From positions 7,442,151-7,506,150 of the forward strand of contig CM119264.1 of assembly GCA_051294375.1 (NCBI GenBank): a DNA stretch of 64,000 nt, read 5' to 3'. Below the pieces are notes generated by a model. The model was not told the DNA's origin. It saw only the letters and a list, made by a program, of their open reading frames with translations, and made no database searches. The DNA comes from Paraspadella gotoi. Its lineage: Eukaryota > Animalia > Chaetognatha. The translations under genes were made by a program, and so were the position numbers. The stretch's first letter is position 1. The number at the start of each line of letters is the position of its first letter. Of this stretch, positions 27,761 to 41,197 are shown piece after piece.

Positions 27761-30169
27761 TCTTTTTGCGTCATTGGAAACGAAAAGTCCGCAATTTTGT
27801 TGTCTTTAATAATTAATTACTACGTATTCGTTAGATTTTTAATTAAACTAAAAGAAAATAATACGAGATACTACGTCATTGGATTCGTTAAATTCAAGCT
27901 TCAAGGTGAAGCGATGATATAACTTTTATATTCATCAGACGGACGTGTCGTACCTGAAATCTTGAATTTCCAGTTGACGAATAAAGAATTTCTTCTCCGT
28001 TTTGATAGGCGTTAGACCCAGTTAGACTCAGAGTCCCTCAGTTAGAGGTTAACTAGTTATGTATTTAAATTTTAGACGAATAAAGAAACAGCCCCAAATG
28101 TTGTTTCAAACAGAATCTCTTCAGAAGCCGTTTGGCAAGGCAAGCAAGGCTAGGCAATGCTCGCTAAGTCTGGCAAGGCAAGGGCGGGTTGGATTTGCTT
28201 TTCAAAACCTTGAAAATATTCCCTTGGTTCCGAGATAAAAGGTTCGTAATAAAAATCGTTTTGCTTCAATATGCAAATGAGTTAAAGTTTAAATGTAATA
28301 TTTTATTTAATAAAACCTTATTAATCTTATATAAAAAATTTAATTAAATATTATAAAATAAAATTAAAATAAAAAGCACATTAAAATACTATTGCGATGA
28401 AAGTTTTTTGTGAACTTAATCAGGAAAGATAGTGAGACAAGTGAAGCAATGACAACATATCTATTGAGCGAGAGAAGAGAAATACTGTTCAATCAGTATT
28501 TTGTTTTTCTCACAACCATTTACCATTTTAGTATTATTTACTTGAATCATATCAAAATACTTTAATAGCAAGGATTCTTCTGATGCCTTCCTTTTCAAGC
28601 GCTCTTTTCATTAACTTCAAGTAATTATTTTAAAAAAGTCGATGAAGCTGATGAGAGATAGAAATCAACGAGTCACGTCTGTTTTTTTTAAAATACAATC
28701 CTTGTGGTTTACCACGAAAACTTTCGCTCTCTCTTGAAAAGTAAGAAAAATTCATGGTGTTTTTGTCATTAATATTTGTCTTTATCATAGTTATTATCCT
28801 TTATTCGTTTGCTTTATAAAGAACAAAGACAACAAAGTTGCCTTTGCCTTACCTGAAAAAAGATTAAAATGTCGACTAATTACACAGATTAATTTTATCT
28901 GGAATAAAAAAATACTTTATATGTAGGGTGACAGCAAACAGAAGGTAAGAAAACTTTTTTTCTTGTTGCAACTTTCATAAATGGAGTTTTTTTATCCATT
29001 TTGTTTTCTACATACTAGAAAAAGAGTGAGCCGCGATCATTTATGTGAGCTAATAAAGATATGAGAGCAAAAAAATAACATTATTTATGGAATTTTTAAT
29101 TTTGGTCCTATTGGGATGTTAATGAAAAGCTAGGGTGAATCTTTCATTTGTCATGGGTGAGACTCAGTTTTGTTCTTAATTCCACAACTTTTTACACTGG
29201 TTTAAGTGCATTGTGCATCTAATCTGAGTGTGTATTGGTGTAACATTTGTTAACGATATAATTTCGTTGTACAAGAAGAAAGACGTCACGCTTCGAGAAA
29301 AAACAAAAGGGAAAACAAGGTTATATGGTAAAGCCGAAAGATGATTGAAAATGCTAGAGGACATTGTAAATACAGCGGAAAAAAACGCTAAATTACGCCT
29401 GTTCAGTTGCTTTGTATTTTGTTTCTCCTCTCTACTGAATTTTTTTTTTGCCTTCATCTTGCAAATGTTTGTTCTTGGATTCGAGAGCGAGAACGAAGGC
29501 GGTATAGCGAATGTCATCAACGAGAAATAAATTACTGAGAGAAGAGAAGAGAAAAAGAGAAAAGGAAGATGAAGCACTCGGGGAAGAAAAGAGCAGAGAA
29601 GATAAAGCGACGCTGAGGAAGAAAAAAAAAAGGAGAGGAGGCGCGAGAAGGAGGAAAGGAAGAAAGAAAGGACAAGTAAAAAAAGGTCGTAGCAAAGACA
29701 ACATTTGTAAAATAAAAACTGTTAAATGCTTTTATATTTCAAGTTAAATTTACAAGAAAAGTTTTAACGCTACAATTTACTAAAAGAACAATGAAAAACT
29801 AAAAAATATCTAAAGAGTTAGAAGCAAAAGTAAACATGTTGATTAAGAAGACGATAGATAAAAAGAAGTGAAAAAGTAGTGAAAAAAAACCTCCCATCAT
29901 TTCGAAAGGAAATTTTAAGTTAAACCGACTCTTGTCATTATTTTTTGAGAAATGGATTTCATTTTTAACTCGCCGGAGTTTTTTACGGAGAACAGCGAAA
30001 AAATAAGGATTTTAATAAAATGGAGAAAAGTAGAAAAGTAAATTTATTTAGAAAAAGAAAAAGAAGGGAGAAAATAATAGAAAATAAAAATATAAAAAAA
30101 GATTGAAAAGTGAAGCTAGCGAAAAAAGAAGAATGAAAGAGAAGAAAGAAAGAAAAGGCCCTTGAAAAT

Positions 30170-30779
30170 CAGGGGTACCCCACTCATGTGAGTTGAATCA
30201 AAAAATTTAGAATGATTAATGCTTCCGAAAATTTACAACAACATTTTTAAGTATACTTTCAATGGACAAAAATTCTGATGTGGTTCTATACACCCAAATA
30301 ATTAATTTTTTAATATTTATTTAATAATAGGAAGGCCAAATTTTTTTTATAATTTTTAAATTTTAGACCAAATTCAGATAGCTCAATAAAAAGTTGTCTA
30401 CACAAAGATACTAATATATATATATTAAATATCTTTCATGATAAGTGAGCAAAAATAGAAAAACCGTCAAAAATCTCATCAATCATCATCTTTTTGATGA
30501 ATTTGATCAGTTTTTTTTATATTTACAAAATAGAAACGTAAGAATTTTTTAAAGCTGTAAATTATATTTCTTATTTTACCTTTAATGCTCTATCAGAATC
30601 CATCAAAAAATTTTCGATTTCAAAAAAAAAATTTTTAATGTTAAAAAAGACAAGTGCATTTTAATGTATTAATCAAAGACGTATAATATAATTTTTTGGA
30701 AAATGGATTGTTTTTAAATATTGGTTAGTGTCAACGAGAACTTAAAAAATCTTTTTAATAGTCGAAATTTTATATATCG
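30170..30779 (+). mobile_element. AT-rich interspersed element present in only one copy of the 3.4-kb duplication; truncated by a gap
   Basis: Begins CAGGGGTACCCCACTCA exactly where copy 1 departs from copy 2 (cttgaaaatc|ggaag at 34480). Internal blocks aaaagttgtctacacaaag and tgctctatcagaatccatcaaaaa match 60835-61050 and, inverted, 56050-57100. Confidence 0.65.
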
Positions 30780-31133
30780 NNNNNNNNNNNNNNNNNNNNN
30801 NNNNACGACGATGGCGACGAAGACGACGACGACCCCGAAATTAAAACCGGAAGCGAAAGCAAATTATAAAACGAAATATGAAATGTAAGTTATCATGTGC
30901 AGTTCATATTAAGTTGTTAAGAAAAATGNNNNNNNNNNNNNNNNNNNNNNNNNATGGTTTAGGCAAGGGACGAGAATGAGATTTAAACATTTTTCTTAAC
31001 AACTTAATATGAACTGCACATGATAACTTACATTTCAATATTTCGTTTTTAATTGCTTTCGCTTCCGGTTTTAATTTCGGGGTCGTCGTCGTCTTCGTCG
31101 CCATCTGTCGTCGTCAACTTTCTTCAAATGGTT

Positions 31134-32087
31134 TTAGGAGGGACGAGAAATGAGATTGAAGAAAGTGACGACGACGATGGCGACGAAGACGACGATGACC
31201 CCGACCGTCTCTTCCACGGTCAATTTCTCCATAAAGAATCCGAGCGACATGAGCGTCGTCGTCGGGATGATGCCGGCGTTAAAGACGTTGCCTAGCATCC
31301 CGGCGTTGCCGGCGCCGGTCTCCTCAAGTTCCACGCAGCCGAGCTGCTGCGCAATGCGAAAGATGTTGGACATTACGCCGACGGTGACGAGACCGAGCGC
31401 GCTGATCGGCGACGCCGTCAACTCCGGCGCGCCGAAGACGCCGAGAAGGACGCTGAGGACGACGGCGCCGCTGGCGAAGTGGACGCATTGAAAGTTGGAC
31501 CAGTGAACGTCGGGAAAAAACCCGAAGAGGAAAGGGAGAGACATCGTCATGGCGCCGTTGTAGGCGGCGTAGAAGTAGGCGTATAGCGGTGTTGACGTCG
31601 TTTGACCGAAGAGAAACTCGGGCCTCGTTACCAGGACGATTCCCACCGTCGCCGTCGCTGCGCCCACCATATCAACGCCGCCGATGCAGCGTCGCCGCTG
31701 CAGAGCTGTCAAAAACGGCGCAAAAAGCACGCCGGCGCTCTCTAAGCCGGCGTAGTCGCCGAGTGGCATGACGGCGGCGGCCTGGCGCCAGAGGACCCAG
31801 TTGACGGCGCTCACGGTGCCGAGAATCAGAAATGAGCCTCTCTTGGCCCAGTTGTCAAGGCCCCACTGCCGAACGGCCAAGGGAACGACGGGCAGCAACG
31901 AAAAGAACTGCCCGACGAAGAAGAAAAAGTATCCGGGTCCGACGGGCAGCGAGGTCGAAGATCGAAAGATGCAGGTCATGACGCTGTTCAGGACGACGTA
32001 GGAAGCGCTGAGCACCACGCCCCACCACAAGTGTATCGATCTATCCGAATGATCGAGGGAAACGAAAGAGAAAGAATTTTTGCCCAT
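31134..32087 (-). CDS. Intronless EamA/DMT-superfamily (SLC35G-like) multi-pass membrane transporter
   Basis: 328-aa ORF in the track; first ATG at 32087. About 10 hydrophobic segments. Motifs MPLGDYAGL and GIVLVTRPEFLFG resemble SLC35G-type EamA repeats. The last codons run into a locally inverted segment, so the true C-terminus is probably ...VVTFFKWFLGGTRM..., as read in the other copy. Confidence 0.8.
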   Translation of the reverse strand: MGKNSFSFVSLDHSDRSIHLWWGVVLSASYVVLNSVMTCIFRSSTSLPVGPGYFFFFVGQFFSLLPVVPLAVRQWGLDNWAKRGSFLILGTVSAVNWVLWRQAAAVMPLGDYAGLESAGVLFAPFLTALQRRRCIGGVDMVGAATATVGIVLVTRPEFLFGQTTSTPLYAYFYAAYNGAMTMSLPFLFGFFPDVHWSNFQCVHFASGAVVLSVLLGVFGAPELTASPISALGLVTVGVMSNIFRIAQQLGCVELEETGAGNAGMLGNVFNAGIIPTTTLMSLGFFMEKLTVEETVGVIVVFVAIVVVTFFNLISRPS

Positions 32088-34839
32088 TCTTTTTGCGTCA
32101 TTGGAAACGAAAGTCGGCAATTTTGTTGTCTTTAATAATTAATTACTACGTATTCGTTAGATTTTTAATTTAAACTAAAAGAAAATAATACGAGATACTA
32201 CGTCATTGGATTCGTTAAATTCAAGCTCAAGGTGAACGATGATATAACTTTTATATTCATCAGACGGACGTGTCGTACCTGAAAATCTTGAATTTCCAGT
32301 TGACGAATAAAGAATTTCTTCTCCGTTTTGATAGGCGTTAGACCCAGTTAGACTCAGAGTCCCTCAGTTAGAGGTTAACTAGTTATGTATTTAAATTTTA
32401 GACGAATAAAGAAACCAGGCCCAAATGTTGTTTCAAACAGAATCTTCAGAAGCCGTTTGGCAAGGCAAGGCAAGGCTAGGCAATGCTCGCTAAGTCTGGC
32501 AAGGCAAGGGCGGGTTGGATTTGCTTTTCAAAACCTTGAAAATATTCCCTTGGTTCCGAGATAAAGGTTCGTAATAAAAATCGTTTTGCTTCAATATGCA
32601 AATGAGATTAAAGTTTAATAGTAATATTTTAATTTAATAAAACCTTATTAATCTTATATAAAAATTTAATTAAATATTATAAAATAAAATTAAAATAAAA
32701 AGCACATTAAAATACTATTGCGATGAAAGTTTTTTGTGACTTAATCAGGAAAGATAGTGAGACAGTGAAGCAATGACACATATCTATTGAGCGAGAGAAA
32801 GAAATACTGTTCAATCAGTATTTTGTTTTTCTCACAACCATTTACCATTTTAGTACTATTTACTTGAATCATATCAAAATACTTTAATAGCATTCTTCTG
32901 AATCGCCTTCCTTTCCAGCGCCTCTTTTCAATTAACTTCAAGTAATTATTTTAAAAAAGTACGATGAAGCTGATGAAGACTAGAAATCAACGAGTCACGT
33001 CTGTTTTTTTTTAAATACAATCCTTGTGGTTACCACGAAAACTTTCGTCTCTCTTGAAAAGTAAGAAAAATTCATGGTTGTTTTTGTCATTATATTTGTC
33101 TTTATCATAGTTATTATCTTTATCTGTTTGCTTTAATAAAGACAACAAAGACAACAAAGTTGCCTTTGCCTTACCTGAAAAAAAGATTAAAATGTCGACT
33201 AATTACACAGATTAATTTTATCTGGAATAAAAAAATACTTTTATGTAGGGTGACAGCAAACAAGAAGGTAAGAAAACTTTTTTTCTTGTTGCAACTTTCA
33301 TAAATGAGTTTTTTTATCCAATTTTGTTTTTCTACATTACTAGAAAAAGAGTGAGCCGCATCATTTTATGTGAGCTAATAAGATATGAGAGCAAAAAAAT
33401 AAACATTATTTATGGATTTTAATTTTGGTCACCTTTGGATGTTAATGAAAAAGCTAGGGTGAATCTTTCATTTGTCATGGGTGAGACTCAGTTTTGTCTA
33501 ATTCCAACTTTTTACACTGGTTTAAGTGCATTGTGCATCTGAATCTGATGTGTATTGTGTAACTTTGTTTAACGATATAATTTCGTTGTACAAGAAGAAA
33601 GACGCACGCTTCGAGAAAAAACAAAAGGGAAAACAAGTTATATGGTAAAGCCGAAAGATGATTAAAATGCTAGGAACATGTAAATACAGGGAAAAAAACG
33701 CTAAATACGCCTGTTCAGTTGCTTTGTATCTTTTTTCTCCTCTCTACTGAATTTTTTTTTTGCCTTCATCTTGCAAATGTTTGTCTTGGGATCTCGAGAC
33801 GCGAGAAACGAAGGCAGGTAAAGCGAAAGTCATCAACGAGAAATAAATATGAGAGAAGAGAAGAGAAAAGAGAAAAGAAGATGAAGCACTCGGGGAAAGA
33901 AAAGAGAGAGAAGATAAAGCGACGCGAGGAAGAAAAAAAAAAGAGAGGAGGCGCCGAGAAGGAGGAAAGGAAAGAAAGAAGGACAAGTAAAAAAAAGGGT
34001 CCAGTAGCAAAGACAACGATTGAAAATAAAAAAACTGTTAAATGCTTTTAAATATTTCAAGTTAAATTTACAAGAAAAGTTTTAACGCTACAATTTACTA
34101 AAAGAAAATGAAAAACTAAAAATATCTAAAGAGTTAGAAAGCAAAGTAAACATGTGATTGAAAGAAGACGATAGATAAAAAGAAGTGAAAAAGTAGTGAA
34201 AAAAAAACCTCCCATTCGAAAGGAAATTTAAAGTTTAAACGATTTGTCATTATTTTTTGAGAAATGGATTTCATTTTTAACTCGCCGGATTTTTTTTACG
34301 GAGAAACAGCGAAAAATAAGGATTTTAATAAAATGGAGAAAAGAAGAAAAGTAAATATTTAGAAAAAGAAAAAGCAAGGGAGAAAATAAAGAAAATAAAA
34401 ATAAAAAAAGACTGAAAAGTGAAGCTAGCGAAAAAAGAGAATGAAAAGAGAAGAAAAGAAAAGAAAAGGCCTTGAAAATCGGAAGAAACCCAAATCAGAA
34501 AGAATTCTCTTCTTTCCTTCTTCCTTTATCGCCCTCCTACTTCTTTTTTTCTTGCTTTCTTAAAACCACGCCCACTATTTACGTTCTCATTCTCTGTTAA
34601 TATGTCTCTCACGCTCTCCTCTCTCTGTCTCTCTCCCTCCACCTTTTTCTCCGGGTCTACTTTCCCTTTACTTTCCTGGCAGAGAGAAAGTCAGGGGTTA
34701 ATAAATTTCACCCATTTTCTTTTCATTCTCTCCCACCAGCCACGGCTCCGTAATAAAAATATCTCTCTCTCTCTCTCTCTCTCTCNNNNNNNNNNNNNNN
34801 NNNNNNNNNNAGAGAGATTGTTCGTGTGATCGTTTATCA

Positions 34840-35136
34840 TTTTTTTTTAGTTGCGCCGCGAGTACTCGCGGAGCAACTTTAAAGTCACTATTTCGGTCCG
34901 TCCGTCTGTCAGTCGGTCGGTCCCTCTGTCGGTCGGTCCGACAGAGAGATACTTTGCCTAATGCCTATAAGTTTGGTTGCTCAATTGTTAAGACAGAACA
35001 AAAACTCAATCTAAGAGACTGCTCGCGGATCCGCCTTCAGGAATTCCTAAAAACTATAAGGAATAAGAAAGACAGAATGTGATCAACGAATATAAAGTCA
35101 CTGCGGGCGCAACCACATGAAATTACCGTTCTTGTT
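34840..35136 (+). mobile_element. Helentron/DINE-1-like element, family 1
   Basis: 5' T-run, GTTGCGCCGC subterminal repeat overlapping the CCGCGAGTACTCGCGG palindrome, (GTCY/GTCG)n tract, 3' inverted subterminal GGCGCAAC, and terminal CTTGTT. Confidence 0.75.
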
Positions 35137-35797
35137 AAATTATATTCCTCCCTAACCCATGTAATGTGATGAGAAAAAAACCATAAATTTAAGTTCTTTC
35201 GAATAATCAAAGAGAGAGATGGGCGTGGGGCTGTGGAGTACGAGAGAGTGTCAGGTGGAAGATTGGTAAGTGTGTTTTGGAAAGAGTGCTGCATTCTTTT
35301 CGGAAAATTAGCTAATTTTAGGAAGATAGAGTTTAATTTAAAAGTTTAAAAGAACACTTTTTTATAAATAATTTACACTGTCATTAATATTTGAGTGGCA
35401 ACTACCGTGAAAGTGTCGGCAGAATTTAGCCATTTCTCAGACTGGAAGACGGGCGGAGTCGTGAAAATGACGGGCAGAATCGAGCGAGGGTGAGAGAGAG
35501 AAGTGGTCGGGCGGTCGGGCTCCTCCGATATTTTTTTCTTTTTTACGAATTAGAGCTCCACTATTCTTGAGCCTCTTCATTCAATCTCTTTCTTTCTTTA
35601 TTTTTATTTCTTGTTTTTCCTTCTTTTTCTTTGGACCGGTTTTAATTCTCTCTTGGTGCTTTTTCCTTTATCTGTTTATGGATCCTGTAAAATTCGGTAT
35701 CATTCTCATTGTTTTATTCACATTACTCCCGTCATTTCTCTGCGGCCTTAATGCTCTCCAGAGTCTCTCTCTCTCTCTCTACTACTCTCTCTATCTC

Positions 35798-35830
<33 letters not shown>

Positions 35831-36347
35831 TTCTCTCTCTCTCTCTTTCCTCTCTCTCTCTCTCTCTCTCTCTAGTAAAAGGAAAGGTCAAGGTATTTTA
35901 CAACATGAATCAGGTTTTTTTAACAAAATTAATACTTTATTCTAAGGCTTTTGTCGTATCTAAGATTTTTTTTTTCAGGTCATTGTCCTTTGACCTGCTT
36001 TTTAACTTGTAAATAGTCCTTGATTCTTTGGACTTTTTCGTTGGGAAAATTGGCATCGAAAGATCATTTTAGCGAAAAAGAATCAAGTTGAGAAAAGTCT
36101 CATGAAAAAGTAAGTTAAGGTCACGAAATTAAAGTCGATAAGAGAAACAGGAAATTACCATACAAACACTCTTTAATGTGAAAAAAAAATTTAAAAAAAA
36201 GTTAAATAATGAAACATAAGAAATGAAATACTAAGAGAAGAAATCGAAGACGAAAGGAAATTAAATAATGGGAAGATAAAAAAAAAGTAGCGTAATACTT
36301 ACGAGCTCTTTCCAGTTCTGCGTCGAGGAGCATAAACGAAAGAAGAC

Positions 36348-36437
<90 letters not shown>

Positions 36438-37971
36438 AACACACACAGAATAAAAAAGTGGAGGATAGAGAATTAACGAGCGAGCGTGATATCGCGAGTT
36501 TATCACCCCAATAAATTTGTCAGCGCAGTGTTATATAATCGTTTATGCGCCTGATAAATTAGTCTTGGGGATGTCAGCGTTTTTATCGCGATGATAAATC
36601 AGAGCGTCGCGGTGAGCCTGACATTTTGACCCTCGTCCAACTACCTCGGGTCCCGTCCCGTGTTGAGGAATCGCAACGAACGGAGACTGGCACTCTTAGT
36701 CTTAAACAAACTATTCGAGCTTTCGTTCCATTTATTTCTTTTCTTATTCTCCTTCCCGAGCCCCCATTTTCGTTCCTTCTTTTAGAGATATTCCTCTTTT
36801 TTTTTTTTAAAGAGAAACAAGAAATTTTCCGTAAAATTCTTCGCTTTTTTCGAATTCCACTTCGAGGGACAGGATTTTAAATTCTCTGGGAATTAAGGAT
36901 TTTTTTTTCTCTCGTGTGACGGAAAAACAGATTTTTCGCTCTGCGGGCGAAAAAAAAAAAAAAAAAATCCGCAGAAAAAAGAAAAAGTTAAAAATCTTTT
37001 AGGATTTTCATTTTGGCGCTTCAAATCCCCTCCGCGCGTCCATAACATGAAGACCAAGAAAAAAAAATGAAAGGAAACGAGAGAGAAACTGTGAGAAGTC
37101 TTGAGTCCATAACAAACTACAACAAAAAATACTACAAGGTTTAAATAACAAATGGTCATATTAATGCAGGAAGATAATCATTGAGAATGATAATTTGATG
37201 ACCAAATAAGGGCAGTTGCTTAATTCAGGAAAGAGAGGAAAGAGGAAAGTGAGAGGTAGGAAGCTGAAAAAAATAATGAGTCGACCTGTTTGATTTACAA
37301 ATTTGCAAAATGTAATTATAATATGAAAAGCTTGTCGGAGGGGGACTTAACTTATTGGGTCTAGATTCTAGAAGGTAGGAATTTTAAACGAGGTAGAGAA
37401 AGGAAAGGAAAGAAGTGAGAGAGGAGTGAAAATAGGAAGGTAACCAGGGGGCAAAGCTTAAGGTAGGTTCGCAAAGATTTCTAAGGAAGACGAAGGGAGA
37501 GGAAAGGTGAGTTTAATAGGGTAAGGATGAAAAAAAAGAAGAAGAAGAAGAAAGTGGTAGATTTGGGCCATCCAAGTAAGTGTAGCCTTCATAACGTTTC
37601 GAGGCGTTAGATATCATTTTCATATTATGAAAAATGCTTTGTTGATTATCCAGGAATGCCTAACAGTTTGTTCAGTTCCTATTTAAAGGAAGAGGCCGAA
37701 ACGACTTACCTTTGACGTTGAAATTGGAGGATTTGACTTTTTGGTTGGTTGAAATCTCTTTTCCCACGCTGACTCACCTTTGGTGGTGTAAGAAGGTGCG
37801 ATGGAATCGAACTGCGTCCTCCACCGTGATGTTTCTCTCTCTTCTCACTTGATCCTCTTGTTCGGCCTTCATCAGAGAAACCTCCACGTACTTGTCGTCT
37901 GTGGAAAGAAAATCCTCTCTCTATTTTCTTTTTCTTTCTTTATTTCTCTCTTTCTTTTTCTATTTTTTTCT

Positions 37972-38007
<36 letters not shown>

Positions 38008-38217
38008 TTCTTTCTTTCTTTCTTTCTTTCTTTCTTTTCTTCTTTCTTTATCTTTCTTTTTACTTCTTTCTATCTTTCTTTCAGTCTTTCTATCTTTCAA
38101 CATATATCTCCTACTATGGAGACCTAAAACGCCCTCCATACTATACTCTTTCGCGTTATCATTTTTCCCCTTCCAATTTGGCAACGAGAAAACAATACAA
38201 GGGGATGAATATATCAA

Positions 38218-38285
<68 letters not shown>

Positions 38286-39547
38286 GCGAGATTCTTGACA
38301 GAAAGTCATTGCTAAAATGTCTATTAAAATGATAACGATTGGCCATTTCTTCGGATCGTCTTTTTTAGAGAACAAATAGCTGTCGTCGTCCTTGTCGTCG
38401 TCGACCAAGAATGGCGTTAAAAATGACAGGACATATCTATTGTCATTCTTTGAGGCGAAAAGATAATATCACACTTGTTTGGAATGTGATCTGACTCGAT
38501 TTAGTTGCTTTTAAGTCGGGATTTTTTTTCGTTGTACGCGAAAGTCCTAGTCGTTCTCGTTATTTTTATTACTCAAGCGAAGTCATCATGATTCTCTTGA
38601 AAAGCATTCATTTTAATCGCATATATTGACTCGCTCGTCATTACATTTGTCGTCGTCGTTGTCATCACTAACGTCGTCGTCATTATCTTCCTCATCATCC
38701 CTTTTCCTTAGAAGTTTCCTAACACGGGTCCGCGGTTCTCGACCTCGTCCGAGGTCACGGGGTCATCGAATCTCTTCCTCGGTCACGTGTCATAACACTG
38801 GACTGATTTCTCTCTTCCCGGAAATTGGCGATCATAGCCTCAGACCCATTTGGTTATTCTCCTCCACCTCGATAAATAATCCTCTTCTCGCGATCGCAAT
38901 TTTGTTAAATAAACTATATCATTCAATATGAAAATTTCAAAATTGGTCGTTTCATTATTTGTTCGATTTAAAAAAAAAATTTATTATATATATGATTTTG
39001 TCTATCTTTTAATAAATTTTATTATCTTTACTTTTTAGATATCTAAACCTACGTACGTAAATGTATTACATATCCAACCCATCGTTCTCATCGTGCTCTT
39101 AACGACTCTTCTTTCATTTTAAATCATCATCATTCACTCGTTTACCTCAGTCTCATAACAACAACAACGCCCATCACTAATTTCTCCTCACCCTCTCATT
39201 ATTCGAGTTTCTTTTCAGCTCGACTCACTTTTAACCTCACCTTCTGAATTTTGACCCTACGCCCTTTCTAATTAGACCTCCCGTGCATTCCTTTCTCCTT
39301 ATCCACGAATTTTTCCCTCCGTTGAACTCACCCGCTGGTAAGTTGATCGTTGGCTTCGAAGTCGTGGAATTTTCTCCTCCTCTCCGTCCGCTCCTCTCTT
39401 CCTCTCTTCTGTCGTCGTTGTTGTCGTCGTTGTTGTTGTCGTGTTGTTGTTGTCGTCGAGGAGGGCGCCCCGTGGCCCCCGGCGTCGAATCACCCGCGGC
39501 CGGGAAGAAGACGAGACGAGCTAGAAAACAAATGAGTCTCTCTCTTC

Positions 39548-39618
<71 letters not shown>

Positions 39619-39741
39619 TCTCTTCTCTTCTCTTTTCACTCTCTCATTCTCTCTGTGTTTTCTATTACCTCTTGTCTTTATTTTTTACCCCTCTCACTCT
39701 CTCTCTCTTATTTCCTCTATTTTTTCCCTCTCTCTCTCTCT

Positions 39742-39823
<82 letters not shown>

Positions 39824-41100
39824 TTGTCCCAATTCCGCTGATTTTCTTTCTCGTCTTCCCTCCCGTTGCCTCTCGTTTTGTTTTCCCTTTTTTTCTTCCC
39901 CCTCTCTCTCTCTCTTTTCTTTCTCTCTCTCCCTCTCTCTCTCTACATTTCCCTCTAATTGGCTTCGCTTTCTCCTCCTCGTTAACTTCTCCTCATGATT
40001 CTCCTTCTGGTTCTCATTAACATTAAAACCATCGACTTGTGCTTCTTATTTTATTCTTGTTCTTCTCAAAACCATTCCGTGTTTTCCCTTTCAAAATTTT
40101 CCAGTTTCCTTTTTCATAATCATTTCTTTCTTTCAACTCGAGCTCGTAGCTATTTCTTCTCCACTGATGGAATGTAAAGTTTTTTCTCTTTTTTTCAACT
40201 TTTTTTTTTAGCCTTTTTCTCGGCTTGCGTTTTTCCCTCCGAATTCGTGTTCTGTTCACAATTGTGTTTATATACATGTCTTAGCTATTCATCGGTAGCT
40301 AATTGCTTCCCACCTATTATCACCTCACAGTTATTCTTTTATTTCCTTTTCTCCTTCAATTTTTTCCCCTTTTTCTTCTTCGCAACTTTTTCCTTTCCTT
40401 TAGTTCCTTTACTTCCTTTACTTTCTATTTTTCTTTACTTTCTCCCTTCGCTTCTCTTCCTCTTTCCATCGGCAAATTTTCGCCGAGCCGCTCGCTCGAG
40501 CAAAACAAGTTTTTTTACATTTTCAGATAACAAGAGGGAAGAGGAGGAAGAGGGAGTAAATGAATAGCGAAATGGTCTGGAAGAGGTGGGTGGGGGGATG
40601 GAAGGGAAAGTGCTGAGGCAAAGAGTGAACTAATTAGGAAAAAAATAGGGTTAGAAACTTAGTTAAGAGGGGCGGGAGGCGATTAAGAAAAAAAAGGGCT
40701 GTAAAGAATTTTAAGTTGCGGGATCATGATCGGACAATTAACAACCAGCCGAACGCAGTATTGAGTTCAACAACGAAAAATGAACCAAACGTAATATTCT
40801 TAATTAGATCCTTGATGCGAAACTATTATTTGTTCTCGGTGTTATTTGTAGAATCGGCGCTTTGAATATTTTATTTTTTTCCATATTTTATTTGGTTTTT
40901 TTTTTCACTGACTTACACGGTCAGTATAAATCAATTGTATGTAAACCTTTTACAAAAAAAAAAAAAAAAAAAAATCGAAAAAGTTTATGGCTTCTCCCTT
41001 CTCTTCTGAATTTCATGTTCCGCCCAGATGAAAAAATAAAATGGCAGGACCAACCCGCCAAAATAATCTTCTCATTGTAAATTCGAGAAAACTGCCTCAT

Positions 41101-41197
<97 letters not shown>

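Larger units (their letters stand above)
26640..34480 (+). repeat. Direct duplication of about 3.4 kb (about 26820-30170 and 31156-34480), with short tandem and inverted copies of the transporter 3' end
   Basis: Colinear from the transporter gene to cttgaaaatc. A ~175-bp unit is repeated at about 26522, 26693 and 30805, and inverted at 30954-31155. Confidence 0.93.
2099..34810. other. Assembly gaps, seven of them exactly 25 N (2099, 21211, 21579, 23554, 30780, 30929, 34786)
   Basis: Counted N runs. Other gaps start at 2186, 5343, 5862 and 23297. Confidence 0.95.

Noticed and set aside
34811-34818. agagagat after the gap as a PacBio adapter remnant
   Set aside because: Indistinguishable from the GA microsatellites that pervade the window; the diagnostic adapter core is absent.
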